In this document: positions 1-9,418 of the stretch, piece by piece
How positions within the stretch are numbered: position 1 is the stretch's first letter
How the letters are laid out: each line of letters opens with the position of its first letter
Notes under the pieces: model-generated
The model's input: only the letters and a program-made list of their open reading frames with translations
Databases searched by the model: none
Told to the model about the DNA's origin: nothing
Made by a program: the position numbers and the translations under genes
From: Acidobacteriota bacterium
GTDB taxonomy: Bacteria; Acidobacteriota; UBA890; WLXD01
Assembly: GCA_965205505.1 (NCBI GenBank)
Contig: CBDBHB010000005.1
Span: 1 to 64,000, forward strand
Direction: 5' to 3'
Length of the DNA stretch: 64,000 bases

Positions 1-53
1 TGGACCGCGAAACACGATCGAGTGAACCCACTCGATGCCAAGGAGAAACTTCG

Positions 54-544
54 ATGGTACGTCGCACGCGACTTGCAATGATGCTGGTATTTCTACTGGC
101 GCTACCGTTCGCTGCCGCGTGCGGCACGGCTGAGGAACCCGCCGAGGCCCCGGAGCCTCGGAGGCTCCTGTCGAGCAGGCGCCTGTCCCGGTCGAGGAGC
201 CGCCGGCAGAGCCCGAGCCGCAACAGCCGGCAGAGCCCGAGCTCGTCGGCAACATCGTTCTCTCCGGCGACAACTTCGAGTGGGGCGAATTCGGCGCTGG
301 CCAGCCCGCCCCGTATACGTGGACCGTACGGGTCAACAACGACACCACGGCGACGCTGTCTATCCGCGTCAGCTTCCAGTTCCTGGACGACGATGATCAG
401 GTCCTGAAGACCGAGAGGACAACGATCCGTTTGGATCCGGCAGCCGGCCGCACGATCAGTGAGAACGGCACCATGCCGTACGACGACGCGCTGAAAGTGA
501 TCGGTTTCGTTGCCGACTACACCTACGACATCGTCACGCCGTAG
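54..544 (+). CDS. Lipoprotein with Pro/Glu-rich linker and beta-rich C-terminal domain (apparent frameshift near 159)
   Basis: Lipobox AAAC after a hydrophobic leader. After a frame change near 159 it reads EAPVEQAPVPVEEPP...YTWTVRVNNDTT...FQFLDDDDQVL...YDIVTP to TAG at 542-544. Confidence 0.6.
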
Positions 545-1676
545 CTAGGCAGGTTCTTGCTGCCCACCTGCGCCTCGCACAACCTCATCGAACGCCGCCA
601 GCAATCGATCGGTCTCCTGGCGTTCGATCGACCGACCCATGTGGCCGATGCGGAAGATCTTGCCGGCTAGCTCGTCGATCCCGCCAGAGATATAGATGCG
701 GTGCCGTTCGAGCAGCGCCGCCATCAGCTTGCCCACCGGCAGATCATCGCGCGCCAGAACGGCAGTGGTTATTGGAGACGCGTACCCATCGGCGCACAGC
801 ATTGAGAACCCCATGCCACGTAGCCCCTGTCGCACCCGCTCGGCAGCCGTACGGGTGCGCGCGATGCGCGCCTCAAGCCCCTCCTCGAGGATCATCTCGA
901 GGCTGATATTGAGCGCCGCCAGCAAGCCGGTCGGCATGGTCGTGGGGAACGGATGCCAGTGTCCCCAATCGCGCTCGTGCCGGCGGTAGGTTCGCAGATC
1001 GAATAGCCATGCTCGCGGCTCTCCGCTGGCCTCAATCGCATCCCACGCTTGCTGGCTGACGGTCACGGCGGCCAGACGCAGGTGGCGCCGCCAGCCCCTT
1101 GTTGGAGACGCTCACGCACAGATCGACTCCCCAGTCATCGACCGCCAGCTCGGTGCCGCCGAGCGACGAGATCGCGTCGATGATCGAAACGACCCCGGCC
1201 TCGCGAGCCGCCATTGCGATGGGCTCGACGGGGTTGAGCACGCCGGTGGACGTCTCATGATGCACCCACACAACGGCCGTGGGTCGCGGCTCCTGCTCGA
1301 GCTGCTGCAGCACCGCATCGGCATCGATTGGTTGCCCCAGCGGGAAGTCGATGACCCGGACGTCGGCGCGATGGGCCGTGCAAATCTGCGCCAGTCGATC
1401 GCCGAACAAACCGTTCCGGGACACGAGCACCCGCGATCCCTCCACGAGCACCGAGGTGATCGCTGACTCGAGCGCGGCCGTGCCCGGCCCAGGCAGCAGG
1501 TAGAGATCATTGGAGGTACGAAAGATTCGCTTGAGCTGGCCTCGACAACGATCAAAATCGGCGACGAATTCGTCACCGTAGTGCGGCCGGATTGGCTCGG
1601 CCGCAGCGGCCATGACGTCGGGCTCGGCGGCCGCCGGGCCCGGAATGAACAGGTGGATGTCGTCGCGCTTTCCCAA
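545..1676 (-). CDS. Class V PLP aminotransferase (alanine-glyoxylate/serine-pyruvate type), apparent +1 frameshift near 1078
   Basis: LFIPGP, HHETSTGVLNP, DAISSLGG and PLP lysine SNKGL in ORF 1032-1697; FRIGHMG C-terminus in ORF 545-1066. Removing one base at cctgcgtctg restores APPGLAAVTVS. Confidence 0.85.
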
Positions 1677-1735
1677 GCCTCCCCCTGAGCCAAGCATAGC
1701 AGCAGCTCCTGGAGCACTTTCGGCCCCATGTCGAT

Positions 1736-1773
1736 TGTCCGATCATGGGACAAACCGTTCCCACAATCGGACA
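1736..1773. promoter_or_regulatory. Two tandem imperfect palindromes, candidate upstream activator sites for a sigma54 enhancer-binding protein
   Basis: TGTCCGATCATGGGACA (1736-1752) and GTTCCCACAATCGGACA (1757-1773), 21 bp apart, about 90-120 bp upstream of a -24/-12 element. Confidence 0.6.
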
Positions 1774-1807
1774 AGGGCGCCGCCTTGCGCACCGCCGATA
1801 CAGCTGG

Positions 1808-1820
1808 CAAATTATTGATA
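1808..1820 (-). promoter_or_regulatory. Candidate IHF site
   Basis: The minus strand reads TATCAATAATTTG, matching WATCAANNNNTTR, and lies between the activator sites and the sigma54 promoter. Confidence 0.5.
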
Positions 1821-1859
1821 ATACGTAAGTTACATGTCTCGGCCGATTGCCTGCGCGCT

Positions 1860-1875
1860 TGGCACGTAGCTTGCG
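1860..1875 (+). promoter_or_regulatory. Sigma54 (-24/-12) promoter
   Basis: TGGCACGTAGCTTGCG matches TGGCACG-N4-TTGC, about 40 bp upstream of ATG 1918. Confidence 0.75.
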
Positions 1876-1917
1876 AAATTGATCCGTAAGCTCATCGATT
1901 ACCCAAGCGAAAATCCT

Positions 1918-3168
1918 ATGGTCGATATCAAACGAGACCCTCCGAAAAAAACCAAGCAGTACGTCACGTGGACGCTCGGCGCGCTCCTGCTGGGCGGCGT
2001 CACTTGGTACGTGTCCAATCTCGAGGCAGCCTCTCCGAACGTCGAGTCGGCGACGATCTGGACCGGTGACGTCGAGCGCGGAGAACTGATTCGCCAGGTG
2101 CGTGGGCCCGGAACTTTGGTGCCCGAGGACGTGCTGTTCGTCAGCGCTCGGACGGCCGGGCGCATCGAGCAGATCCTGATCAAACCCGGCGCCGTGGTGA
2201 CCCCGGACACGGTGATCATGCTGCTGTCGAACCCCGACCTGCAGCTCACGGTGCAGAACGCGGAGTGGGAGTGGCGGCGCGCTGAGGCCAGCTTCACGAC
2301 GACACGCGTACAGCTCGAGCAACAGCGCCTACAGCAGGAATCGCTCGTCGCCCAAGTACAGGCGAGCTTCCACCAGGCGCGCCTGAACGCCGACCGTGAC
2401 CAACAGCTGTTCGATGAGCAGCTCGCCTCCGAGATCCAGATGATGCTGTCGCGCACCCAGGCTGAGGAGCTTGAGAATCGTCTGCGGATCGAAAAATTGA
2501 GACTCGATAACCTGCAGGAATCGAACGTGGCACAGCTGGCCTCGCAGCGCGTCCAGGTTGATCAGCGAAACGCCGAGTACCAACTCCGCCTTCGCGATCT
2601 CGACTCGCTGAAGGTTCGGCCGACGATCAGCGGCGTGTTGCAGGAGGTCCCGGTCGAAGAGGGGCAACAGGCGGCTCCAGGCGTTGTGCTGGCGCGTGTC
2701 GCCGACCCCAAGCACCTCAAGGCTGAGCTGCGCATCGCGCAGACGCAGGCGGGCGAGGTGGTGATCGGCCAAAGCGCCATCATCGATACGCGCAACGGTG
2801 TAGTCCCGGGCCGCGTGATCCGAATCGACCCGGCGGTCGTTCAGGGCACCGTGACCGTCGACGTAGAGCTCCTGGCAAGTGAGCTGCCGCCCGGAGCGCG
2901 CCCGGACCTGAGCGTTGACGGTCGCATCGAGATTCAGAGGCTCGACGACGTGTTGTACGTCGATCGACCGGCATTCGGCCAGGCCAACCAATCGGTAGGA
3001 CTTTTCAAGATCATCAATGATGGCAGCGAGGCGGTGCGCACCACCGTGCGCTTCGGTCCTAGCTCGGTCGACAAGATCGTGGTCCTCGAAGGCCTGAAGG
3101 TCGGCGAGGAGATCATCTTGTCGGACATGTCGCGCTACGACGCTGCCGACAAGGTAAACATTCGCTAG
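1918..3168 (+). CDS. Efflux periplasmic adaptor / membrane fusion protein (MacA/HlyD-like)
   Basis: N-terminal TM segment, lipoyl-like halves (AGRIEQILIKPG; ISGVLQEVPVEEG), long coiled coil, C-terminal GLKVGEEIILSD. Confidence 0.85.
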   Translation: MVDIKRDPPKKTKQYVTWTLGALLLGGVTWYVSNLEAASPNVESATIWTGDVERGELIRQVRGPGTLVPEDVLFVSARTAGRIEQILIKPGAVVTPDTVIMLLSNPDLQLTVQNAEWEWRRAEASFTTTRVQLEQQRLQQESLVAQVQASFHQARLNADRDQQLFDEQLASEIQMMLSRTQAEELENRLRIEKLRLDNLQESNVAQLASQRVQVDQRNAEYQLRLRDLDSLKVRPTISGVLQEVPVEEGQQAAPGVVLARVADPKHLKAELRIAQTQAGEVVIGQSAIIDTRNGVVPGRVIRIDPAVVQGTVTVDVELLASELPPGARPDLSVDGRIEIQRLDDVLYVDRPAFGQANQSVGLFKIINDGSEAVRTTVRFGPSSVDKIVVLEGLKVGEEIILSDMSRYDAADKVNIR

Positions 3169-3181
3169 CCAACACGAACCG

Positions 3182-3892
3182 GTGGATGAGCGTCCGATGT
3201 CTGGTGAGCCGCTGATCAAGATGGAGGAGATCACCAAGGTCTTCGTGACCGAGGAAGTCGAGACGCATGCGTTGTCGGAGGTCAAGTTCGACATCGCACC
3301 TGGTGAGTTCGTGTCGATCGCCGGTCCGTCCGGCTCTGGCAAGACGACGCTGCTTTCCATCCTCGGGTTGCTCGACACGCCCACTGGTGGCAACTACCTG
3401 CTCAACGCCAACGACGCCTCCAACCTCACCGCTTCCGAGCGCGCCCGAGTGCGCAACCGTGAGATCGGATTTATTTTCCAGAGCTTCAACCTCATCGGCG
3501 ACCTCAACGTGTACGAGAACGTCGAGCTACCGCTCACCTACCGTGGCATGGCCTCTTCGGAGCGTCGCGAACGCACCAACGCCTCGCTCGATCGGGTCGG
3601 CATGACGCATCGTGCCAAGCACATGCCCAGCCAGCTTTCCGGTGGTCAACAACAGCGCGTCGCCGTGGCTCGCGCCGTCGTTGGTGACCCTTCCATTCTG
3701 CTGGCCGATGAGCCCACCGGCAACCTCGACTCTGGCAATGCCGCCGCCGTCATGGATCTGATGGCCGAGCTCCATCAGGGTGGTGCCACGATCTGCATGG
3801 TCACCCACGACCCCAGGTGGTCCGAGCACGCCCAGCGCACCATCCACCTGTTCGACGGCATGGTCGTTGACGAGCAGGTCGCCGTCGTCTGA
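3182..3892 (+). CDS. ABC transporter ATP-binding protein (MacB/LolD-type)
   Basis: Walker A GPSGSGKT, IGFIFQSFNL, LSGGQQQRVA, ILLADEPTGNLD, MVTHD. Confidence 0.92.
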   Translation: MDERPMSGEPLIKMEEITKVFVTEEVETHALSEVKFDIAPGEFVSIAGPSGSGKTTLLSILGLLDTPTGGNYLLNANDASNLTASERARVRNREIGFIFQSFNLIGDLNVYENVELPLTYRGMASSERRERTNASLDRVGMTHRAKHMPSQLSGGQQQRVAVARAVVGDPSILLADEPTGNLDSGNAAAVMDLMAELHQGGATICMVTHDPRWSEHAQRTIHLFDGMVVDEQVAVV

Positions 3893-4011
3893 TCGCGGAC
3901 GAACATCCGTATCTCTTCCACCCTGGCGCCGATACCATGGCTAGCTGTGTGCCCAAGTCTCCTGGCGATATTCGATCGTCGATGTTGCCGGCCGGCCAAT
4001 TTGATAGCCTC

Positions 4012-5382
4012 ATGAGCAGCGATCAGACGCGTCCGCCACGGATTCTCGTGGCGGACGATCAGAAGGATGTGCTCGAAGCACTCCGATTGCTCCTGAAAGG
4101 CGAGGGCTTCGAAGTCGAGACCGTGAGCTCTCCGGCAAGATTGATGGCGGCCGTCGAGAGCCGGCAGTTTGACGCCGTGGTCATGGACTTGAACTACACG
4201 CGCGACACCACGTCGGGTCGCGAAGGGCTCGACCTCTTGCCGCGATTGAGGCAACTCGACGCCGGGTTGCCAGTGATCGTCATGACCGCATGGGGCACGG
4301 TAGAGGGCGCGGTGGAGGCGATGGCACAGGGAGCGCGCGACTACGTGGAGAAGCCCTGGGACAACGCGCGGCTGATCGCCACACTCAGGACACAAGTAGA
4401 GCTGGGCCAAGCCATTCGTCGCAGCCAGCGGCTCGAGCACGAGAACCGCCGACTCCGACGCGAGGGGTTGCCCGAGCTGATCGCAGAATCGCGCGCCATG
4501 CTGCCGATCCTCGAGCTCATGGGACGGGTAGCGCCATCCGACGCCAACGTTCTGGTCACCGGCGAGCACGGCACCGGCAAAGAAGTGGTCGCACGCTGGA
4601 TTCATGCCGCCTCGCATCGAGCCTCCAGCCCTCTGGTTACGGTTGATGTAGGCGCCATCTCGGATGGAGTCTTCGAGAGCGAGCTGTTCGGCCACGTCAA
4701 AGGCTCGTTCACCGATGCGCACGCCGACCGCGTCGGGTATTTCGAGCTCGCCGACCGTGGCACGTTGTTTCTCGATGAGATCGCCAACATTCCGACGAAG
4801 CAGCAGGCCAAGTTCCTGCGCGTGCTGGAGACCGGCGAGCTGCAACGCGTCGGTTCGTCGCGCACACGGCGGGTGGACGCCCGGGTGCTGTCGGCGACGA
4901 ACGTCGAGCTGGTGAGGGAAATCGACGCCGGCAGCTTTCGAGAAGACTTGCTGTACCGCCTCAATACCGTCGAGATCAACCTGCCTCCTCTTCGTGAGCG
5001 ACGTGAGGACATCCCGCTACTCGCGGCCCATTTTCTGGAGCGGCACGCTCGCAAGTATCGCCGCGAGATCGGCGGTTTCGAGCGTGACGGCATGCAGGCG
5101 CTGTTGACCCACCCGTGGCCGGGCAACGTACGCGAGCTCCAACACGTCATCGAGCGCGCGGTCTTGATGGCATCGAGCAACAGCATCCGACGCGAGGACC
5201 TCGGCTTGCGTGCCAAGCGCGACTCGGGCTCACGGCTCGAGGACCTGTCACTGGAGGAGGCCGAGCGGACCTTGATTCAGGTGGCTCTGTCGCGCAACGA
5301 TGGCAACGTCAGCCGCGCTGCCGAGAGCCTCGGGCTCAGTCGCAGCGCCCTCTATCGCCGACTCAACCGCTACGGCCTATGA
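4012..5382 (+). CDS. Sigma54-dependent NtrC-family response regulator
   Basis: Receiver domain (VADD, VMDLN, EKP), AAA+ GEHGTGKE, ESELFGHVKGSFTDA, LFLDEI, WPGNVREL, Fis-type HTH. Confidence 0.93.
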   Translation: MSSDQTRPPRILVADDQKDVLEALRLLLKGEGFEVETVSSPARLMAAVESRQFDAVVMDLNYTRDTTSGREGLDLLPRLRQLDAGLPVIVMTAWGTVEGAVEAMAQGARDYVEKPWDNARLIATLRTQVELGQAIRRSQRLEHENRRLRREGLPELIAESRAMLPILELMGRVAPSDANVLVTGEHGTGKEVVARWIHAASHRASSPLVTVDVGAISDGVFESELFGHVKGSFTDAHADRVGYFELADRGTLFLDEIANIPTKQQAKFLRVLETGELQRVGSSRTRRVDARVLSATNVELVREIDAGSFREDLLYRLNTVEINLPPLRERREDIPLLAAHFLERHARKYRREIGGFERDGMQALLTHPWPGNVRELQHVIERAVLMASSNSIRREDLGLRAKRDSGSRLEDLSLEEAERTLIQVALSRNDGNVSRAAESLGLSRSALYRRLNRYGL

Positions 5383-6737
5383 ACCCGGAGCGACCTCGGT
5401 CGCTCAGCTTCGACCACCGCGTCTTGGCGTTGGCCATCGGCGCCGGCTTTCCGGCCTCCGTGGTGGCGCTCTGGCTGCTGTGGACTGGCGAGCACACCGC
5501 AAGACTACAGTGGACACTGTCGATGGTTGTCGTCGGCACGTGGCTGGGCTTTGCGCTAGCCCTGCGTAGGCAGATCGTTCGACCGTTTCAAACCCTGTCC
5601 AATCTGCTCTCCGCCCTACGCGAAGGCGACTTCTCGATTCGCGCCCGCGAAGCCCGTATGGGCGAGGTCCTAGGCTTGGCGATGGGCGAGCTGAATCAGC
5701 TCGGTGAGATCCTGCGCCAACAGCGTCGCGGTGCTGTCGAAGCTACCGCGTTGCTCGGCAAGGTGATGGCGGAGATCGATGTCGCGGTGTTCGCGATCGA
5801 CGAGTCGGGCCACGTGCAGCTCGTCAACCGTGGCGGTGAGCGGCTCCTCGGCATCGCGGCGCAACAGGTGATCGGGCGCGAGGCCAGCGATCTCGGATTG
5901 GCAGATTGCGTCGGGGGTGCCGCCTCGCGCATCGTAGAGCTCTCCCTGCCTGGCGGCTCCGGGCACTGGGAGCTCCGTCGTGGCACGTTCCGCCAGGGCG
6001 GACGCCCCCATCAGCTGGTGGTGCTATCGGACCTCACGCGCACCCTGAGGGAACAGGAGCGCCAGGCGTGGCAACGACTCGTGCAAGTTCTCCGCCACGA
6101 GATCAACAACTCGCTGGCCCCCATCAAGTCGATCGCCGAAAGCCTGCGCCTGCAGATGCGGCGCGAGCCGCTACCGACCGACTGGCGTGATGATCTCAGC
6201 AACGGACTGCAAGTCATCGCCGACCGCTCTGGTGGGCTCGCACGTTTCATGTCGTCGTACGCCAGGCTTACACAGCTGCCGGCGCCTCGGCTGCTGCCCG
6301 TTGACGTACGTACCTGGGTAGATCGTACGGTGGCGCTCGAGAACCGTCTGCCGGTGACCATCGAGGGTGGCCCGGACCTGCAGCTCGGCGCCGACGGCGA
6401 CCAGCTGGATCAGCTCCTGATCAACCTGCTGGCCAATGCCGTCGAGGCGGCGCTCGATACCGGTGGCGGGGTGCGCCTGCGTTGGTCACGGGTAAACGGG
6501 CGCGGCGAGCAATTCGAGCTGCTAGTAGAGGACGATGGGCAGGGATTGCCGGAAACACAGCATCTCTTCGTGCCCTTCTTCACCACCAAACCTCACGGCT
6601 CCGGGATCGGTCTGGTGCTCAGCCGACAGATCGCCGAGAACCACGGCGGCAGCCTGACACTGGAGAACCGGGTTGCTGCGCCGGGGTGCTGGGCGCGCCT
6701 GCGATTGCCACTCAAGTCGCAGAGTGAGTCGTCATGA
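5379..6737 (+). CDS. Sensor histidine kinase (2 TM, HAMP/PAS)
   Basis: H-box RHEINN, N-box INLLANA, DDGQG, FFTTK, GSGIGL. ATGA overlap with the regulator. Confidence 0.9.
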   Translation: MNPERPRSLSFDHRVLALAIGAGFPASVVALWLLWTGEHTARLQWTLSMVVVGTWLGFALALRRQIVRPFQTLSNLLSALREGDFSIRAREARMGEVLGLAMGELNQLGEILRQQRRGAVEATALLGKVMAEIDVAVFAIDESGHVQLVNRGGERLLGIAAQQVIGREASDLGLADCVGGAASRIVELSLPGGSGHWELRRGTFRQGGRPHQLVVLSDLTRTLREQERQAWQRLVQVLRHEINNSLAPIKSIAESLRLQMRREPLPTDWRDDLSNGLQVIADRSGGLARFMSSYARLTQLPAPRLLPVDVRTWVDRTVALENRLPVTIEGGPDLQLGADGDQLDQLLINLLANAVEAALDTGGGVRLRWSRVNGRGEQFELLVEDDGQGLPETQHLFVPFFTTKPHGSGIGLVLSRQIAENHGGSLTLENRVAAPGCWARLRLPLKSQSESS

Positions 6738-7215
6738 CTCTCGGCATGTCGGCGGACCGGTTGCGGCGCCCCTTGGGCAGCACCGAGCGTATGGTGCCCG
6801 TGCGCCATTCGGCGCACCCGAGCGGCAGTCCCAGATAACGCGCAATGATAAAACCCCGGTTCGGAAGTCCGCACCGGGGATCATCTGCCGTCAGCTCAAT
6901 CGTCTCGCCGGCAAGGAAGAGCGCCGCCTCGGTGGCGTCGAGCTCCACCAAGTTACGCGTCGCACACAACCCGAAGTGCACCAACCCGACGCTGGTCGGT
7001 TTCCATGCCCGCCCGCCTACGCGTAGCAGAGGAAAGCCTACGCCGTCCACCGGATCGCTGGCGCCCGGGTTGACGTCGAGCGACGCCACCCACACCGAGG
7101 TCTTGCCCCGCTGCCACATCGAACAGCCGTCGAAGAGCCCTTCCGGCGTGCCGAAGCGATCCGTCCACCAGCTGACGTAGGGCGCGGGGTCCAGACGCCG
7201 AAACTGCCTCAACAC
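6712..7215 (-). CDS. Stand-alone RsmF/NOP2 C-terminal (PUA-associated)-like protein
   Basis: G-x-PLLR...WKPTS...ATRNLVELD..EAALFLAGE..GFII...LPLGCA pattern; overlaps the stop of the methyltransferase gene. Confidence 0.5.
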   Translation of the reverse strand: MLRQFRRLDPAPYVSWWTDRFGTPEGLFDGCSMWQRGKTSVWVASLDVNPGASDPVDGVGFPLLRVGGRAWKPTSVGLVHFGLCATRNLVELDATEAALFLAGETIELTADDPRCGLPNRGFIIARYLGLPLGCAEWRTGTIRSVLPKGRRNRSADMPRVMTTHSAT

Positions 7216-8168
7216 GGCGGCGCCTTTCTCACCTTGGCGATCGTGAAGCCACCCGTGTCGTTCAGGTGCGGCCAATAGCGTGTCAGGTTCCGACAGTCCT
7301 GGCGCAATCTCCCGCCGGCCCACTCGACCACGCCCGGGTCTCCGACCAGACCCGGGATCACGAACGGCTCGATCACCGCGTCGGCGCCCAGCACGTAGTC
7401 AAGCACGACCTCGTTTTCCTCTGGCGCAAAGGTGCAGGTGGAGTAAACGAGGGTTCCGCCATCGCGTAGTAGCTTCCAAGCACGACCCAACAACGTGGCC
7501 TGAAGCCCGGACCGTCCCTCGATCGAACCGCCGGTCCCCTTGCCAGCCGCAGTCGGCGTATCACGCAGGTTGCCCTCACACGAGCACGGCACATCCAGCA
7601 GGATGCGATCGAAGGGGCCCGCATCGAGCGGAAACCGGGTACCGTCGATAGGGGTCACGACAACGTTGGTCATGCCGAGCCGCTCGCAGTTGGAGCGCAG
7701 CGAACGCAGTCGGTGGGGCCGCACATCGTTAGCGATGAGCGTGCCGCGGTTGCCCATCGACAGAGCGATCCGGGCGGTCTTGCCACCTGGTGCGGCGCAC
7801 ATGTCGAGGACGCGCTCGCCCGGCCGCGCACCGAGCACCACCGGCGGCGCCAGCGAGATTTCCTCCTGAACGTGGATCAAGCCGATTTGGTTCTCGAGCG
7901 TGTACCCAGGGCGTTCTAGCCCCTCGATTCGCCACGCGTCAGCGATCCACCCCAAGGGCTCGGCCGAATATCCGCGCTCGCGGAGCAGGTCAGCGATGTC
8001 GGCGTCCGCGCCGTGGCCGAGCGCCGTTGCCAGCCGGCGCCGTTGCGCGAGGCGCACCGGGTTGGCCCACACCACCAGCGGTAGTGGCCGCTGGCACGCG
8101 TCAACGAGGAGTTTCCAGTCGTCGACTAGCGGCCGATAGCGTGACAATGCGTGCTCGATCATGCTCAT
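7209..8168 (-). CDS. RsmB/RsmF/NOP2-family RNA m5C methyltransferase
   Basis: QEEIS, VLDMCAAPGGKT, LLDVPCS, YSTCTF-x2-EENE, GGFTIA. Confidence 0.88.
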   Translation of the reverse strand: MSMIEHALSRYRPLVDDWKLLVDACQRPLPLVVWANPVRLAQRRRLATALGHGADADIADLLRERGYSAEPLGWIADAWRIEGLERPGYTLENQIGLIHVQEEISLAPPVVLGARPGERVLDMCAAPGGKTARIALSMGNRGTLIANDVRPHRLRSLRSNCERLGMTNVVVTPIDGTRFPLDAGPFDRILLDVPCSCEGNLRDTPTAAGKGTGGSIEGRSGLQATLLGRAWKLLRDGGTLVYSTCTFAPEENEVVLDYVLGADAVIEPFVIPGLVGDPGVVEWAGGRLRQDCRNLTRYWPHLNDTGGFTIAKVRKAPPC

Positions 8169-8247
8169 GCGAACGCCAGCCTACAGCGCGAGACAGGTGT
8201 TGGGGTGCAAAGTGTGGTTCCCTCGGGTTAGCCTGTTGAAGCTCGGA

Positions 8248-9402
8248 ATGGTCCCTCAACGCGAGATCGCGGTGCTCACAAGCCAACGGCGTCGGTACGC
8301 ACTGGTCACGATGATCGCGGTCCTGGTGACCTCTGCGTTGGGCGTTCCGGCAGCGGGCGCGGCGCGACCGAAGCGCCTGGACGACGATCAGCTGATCTTG
8401 CTGCGCGAGGCCATGCAGCTCGTGCGCGCGGTCGGCGACGATGTATGGGTCGGCTGGGCTGGGATTCCGAAGACGACGCTGATCATCGCTCCAGATCGCG
8501 AGTATCTCGTCAACCTTCCCCGTGAGTCCGAATCGCCGCCGAATTTTGTGCTGACCGATCAGAAGTTCATGGGAGAGCCTGTCTATTCGCGCCAGCGAAC
8601 GCTATCCAGCGCCCTTCGCGCCGCGTTCCCGATCGGCGGCGTCCCGGTTGCAGTGATTGGAGCTTGGCGTGCCGATGTGGAGTCGCCCAATGAGTGGGTA
8701 GTCGGATTGGTCGAGCAGTGGTTTCATCTGCTGCAGCTGTACAGGGGTGAGCAAGCGAAGGTTGCGGAGCTGGGCCTCGGCGCGAGCCACCAGCCCTCCT
8801 GGCAGATCAACTTCTCGTTTCCCTTCGACGATCCCGACGTCGGCAACGCGATGTTGCTGTTGGGTCAGTCGCTCTACGATTTCTGGACCACTGGCGCAAG
8901 CCTGCCGCGTGCTGCGCAGCGCGCGTTCCTCGCCGCCACTGCCTCCGCGGCGCTGCAGAACCTCCGTGTCGTCATCACGCTCAAGCACGGCAAGCAGGCG
9001 TACGAGTACTTCCGTCTCCAGACCTGGCGCACCGGCGTAGCTCGCTACAGCAGCATTCTGGCGGCGCGGGCAGTGGCACGGGCCGAGGTCCTCGATGAGT
9101 ACAAGTGCGCGGCCGGCTTCGACCGGCTCGAGCGCCACAAGTCGTATGCGGCTCTGTGGGAGGAGGACCTCTCCCGCCGGTTCTGGCTGATCCGCACCGC
9201 AGGCCTCGAGGGCGAGCGCGATCGCATGTCGTTCGACGCCCTCGGGCACGGCATCGCCGAGCTGCTCGACGTGCTTGGCTTCGATTGGAAAAAGAGTTAT
9301 TTCGATAGTGGTGTCTGGCTCGATGACCTGGTCGCCACCAGCATGGCGCAGGACATCAGCGACACTCCCAAACGCGCCAGCGCCCGTCGCCAGAACCACT
9401 AG
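8248..9402 (+). CDS. Secreted protein, zinc-peptidase-like with degenerate HExxH (start uncertain)
   Basis: Signal-like hydrophobic segment. EQWFHLLQ at the HExFHxxQ position and WRTGVARY at the WxEGxARY position. Confidence 0.55.
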   Translation: MVPQREIAVLTSQRRRYALVTMIAVLVTSALGVPAAGAARPKRLDDDQLILLREAMQLVRAVGDDVWVGWAGIPKTTLIIAPDREYLVNLPRESESPPNFVLTDQKFMGEPVYSRQRTLSSALRAAFPIGGVPVAVIGAWRADVESPNEWVVGLVEQWFHLLQLYRGEQAKVAELGLGASHQPSWQINFSFPFDDPDVGNAMLLLGQSLYDFWTTGASLPRAAQRAFLAATASAALQNLRVVITLKHGKQAYEYFRLQTWRTGVARYSSILAARAVARAEVLDEYKCAAGFDRLERHKSYAALWEEDLSRRFWLIRTAGLEGERDRMSFDALGHGIAELLDVLGFDWKKSYFDSGVWLDDLVATSMAQDISDTPKRASARRQNH

Positions 9403-9418
9403 TGCTGCGGCCTGCTAG
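9399..9418. repeat. MITE-end remnant between convergent stop codons
   Basis: CTAGTGCTGCGGCCTGCTAG: each CTAG supplies a TAG stop, and CGGCCTG-CTAG equals the MITE right end. Confidence 0.45.
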
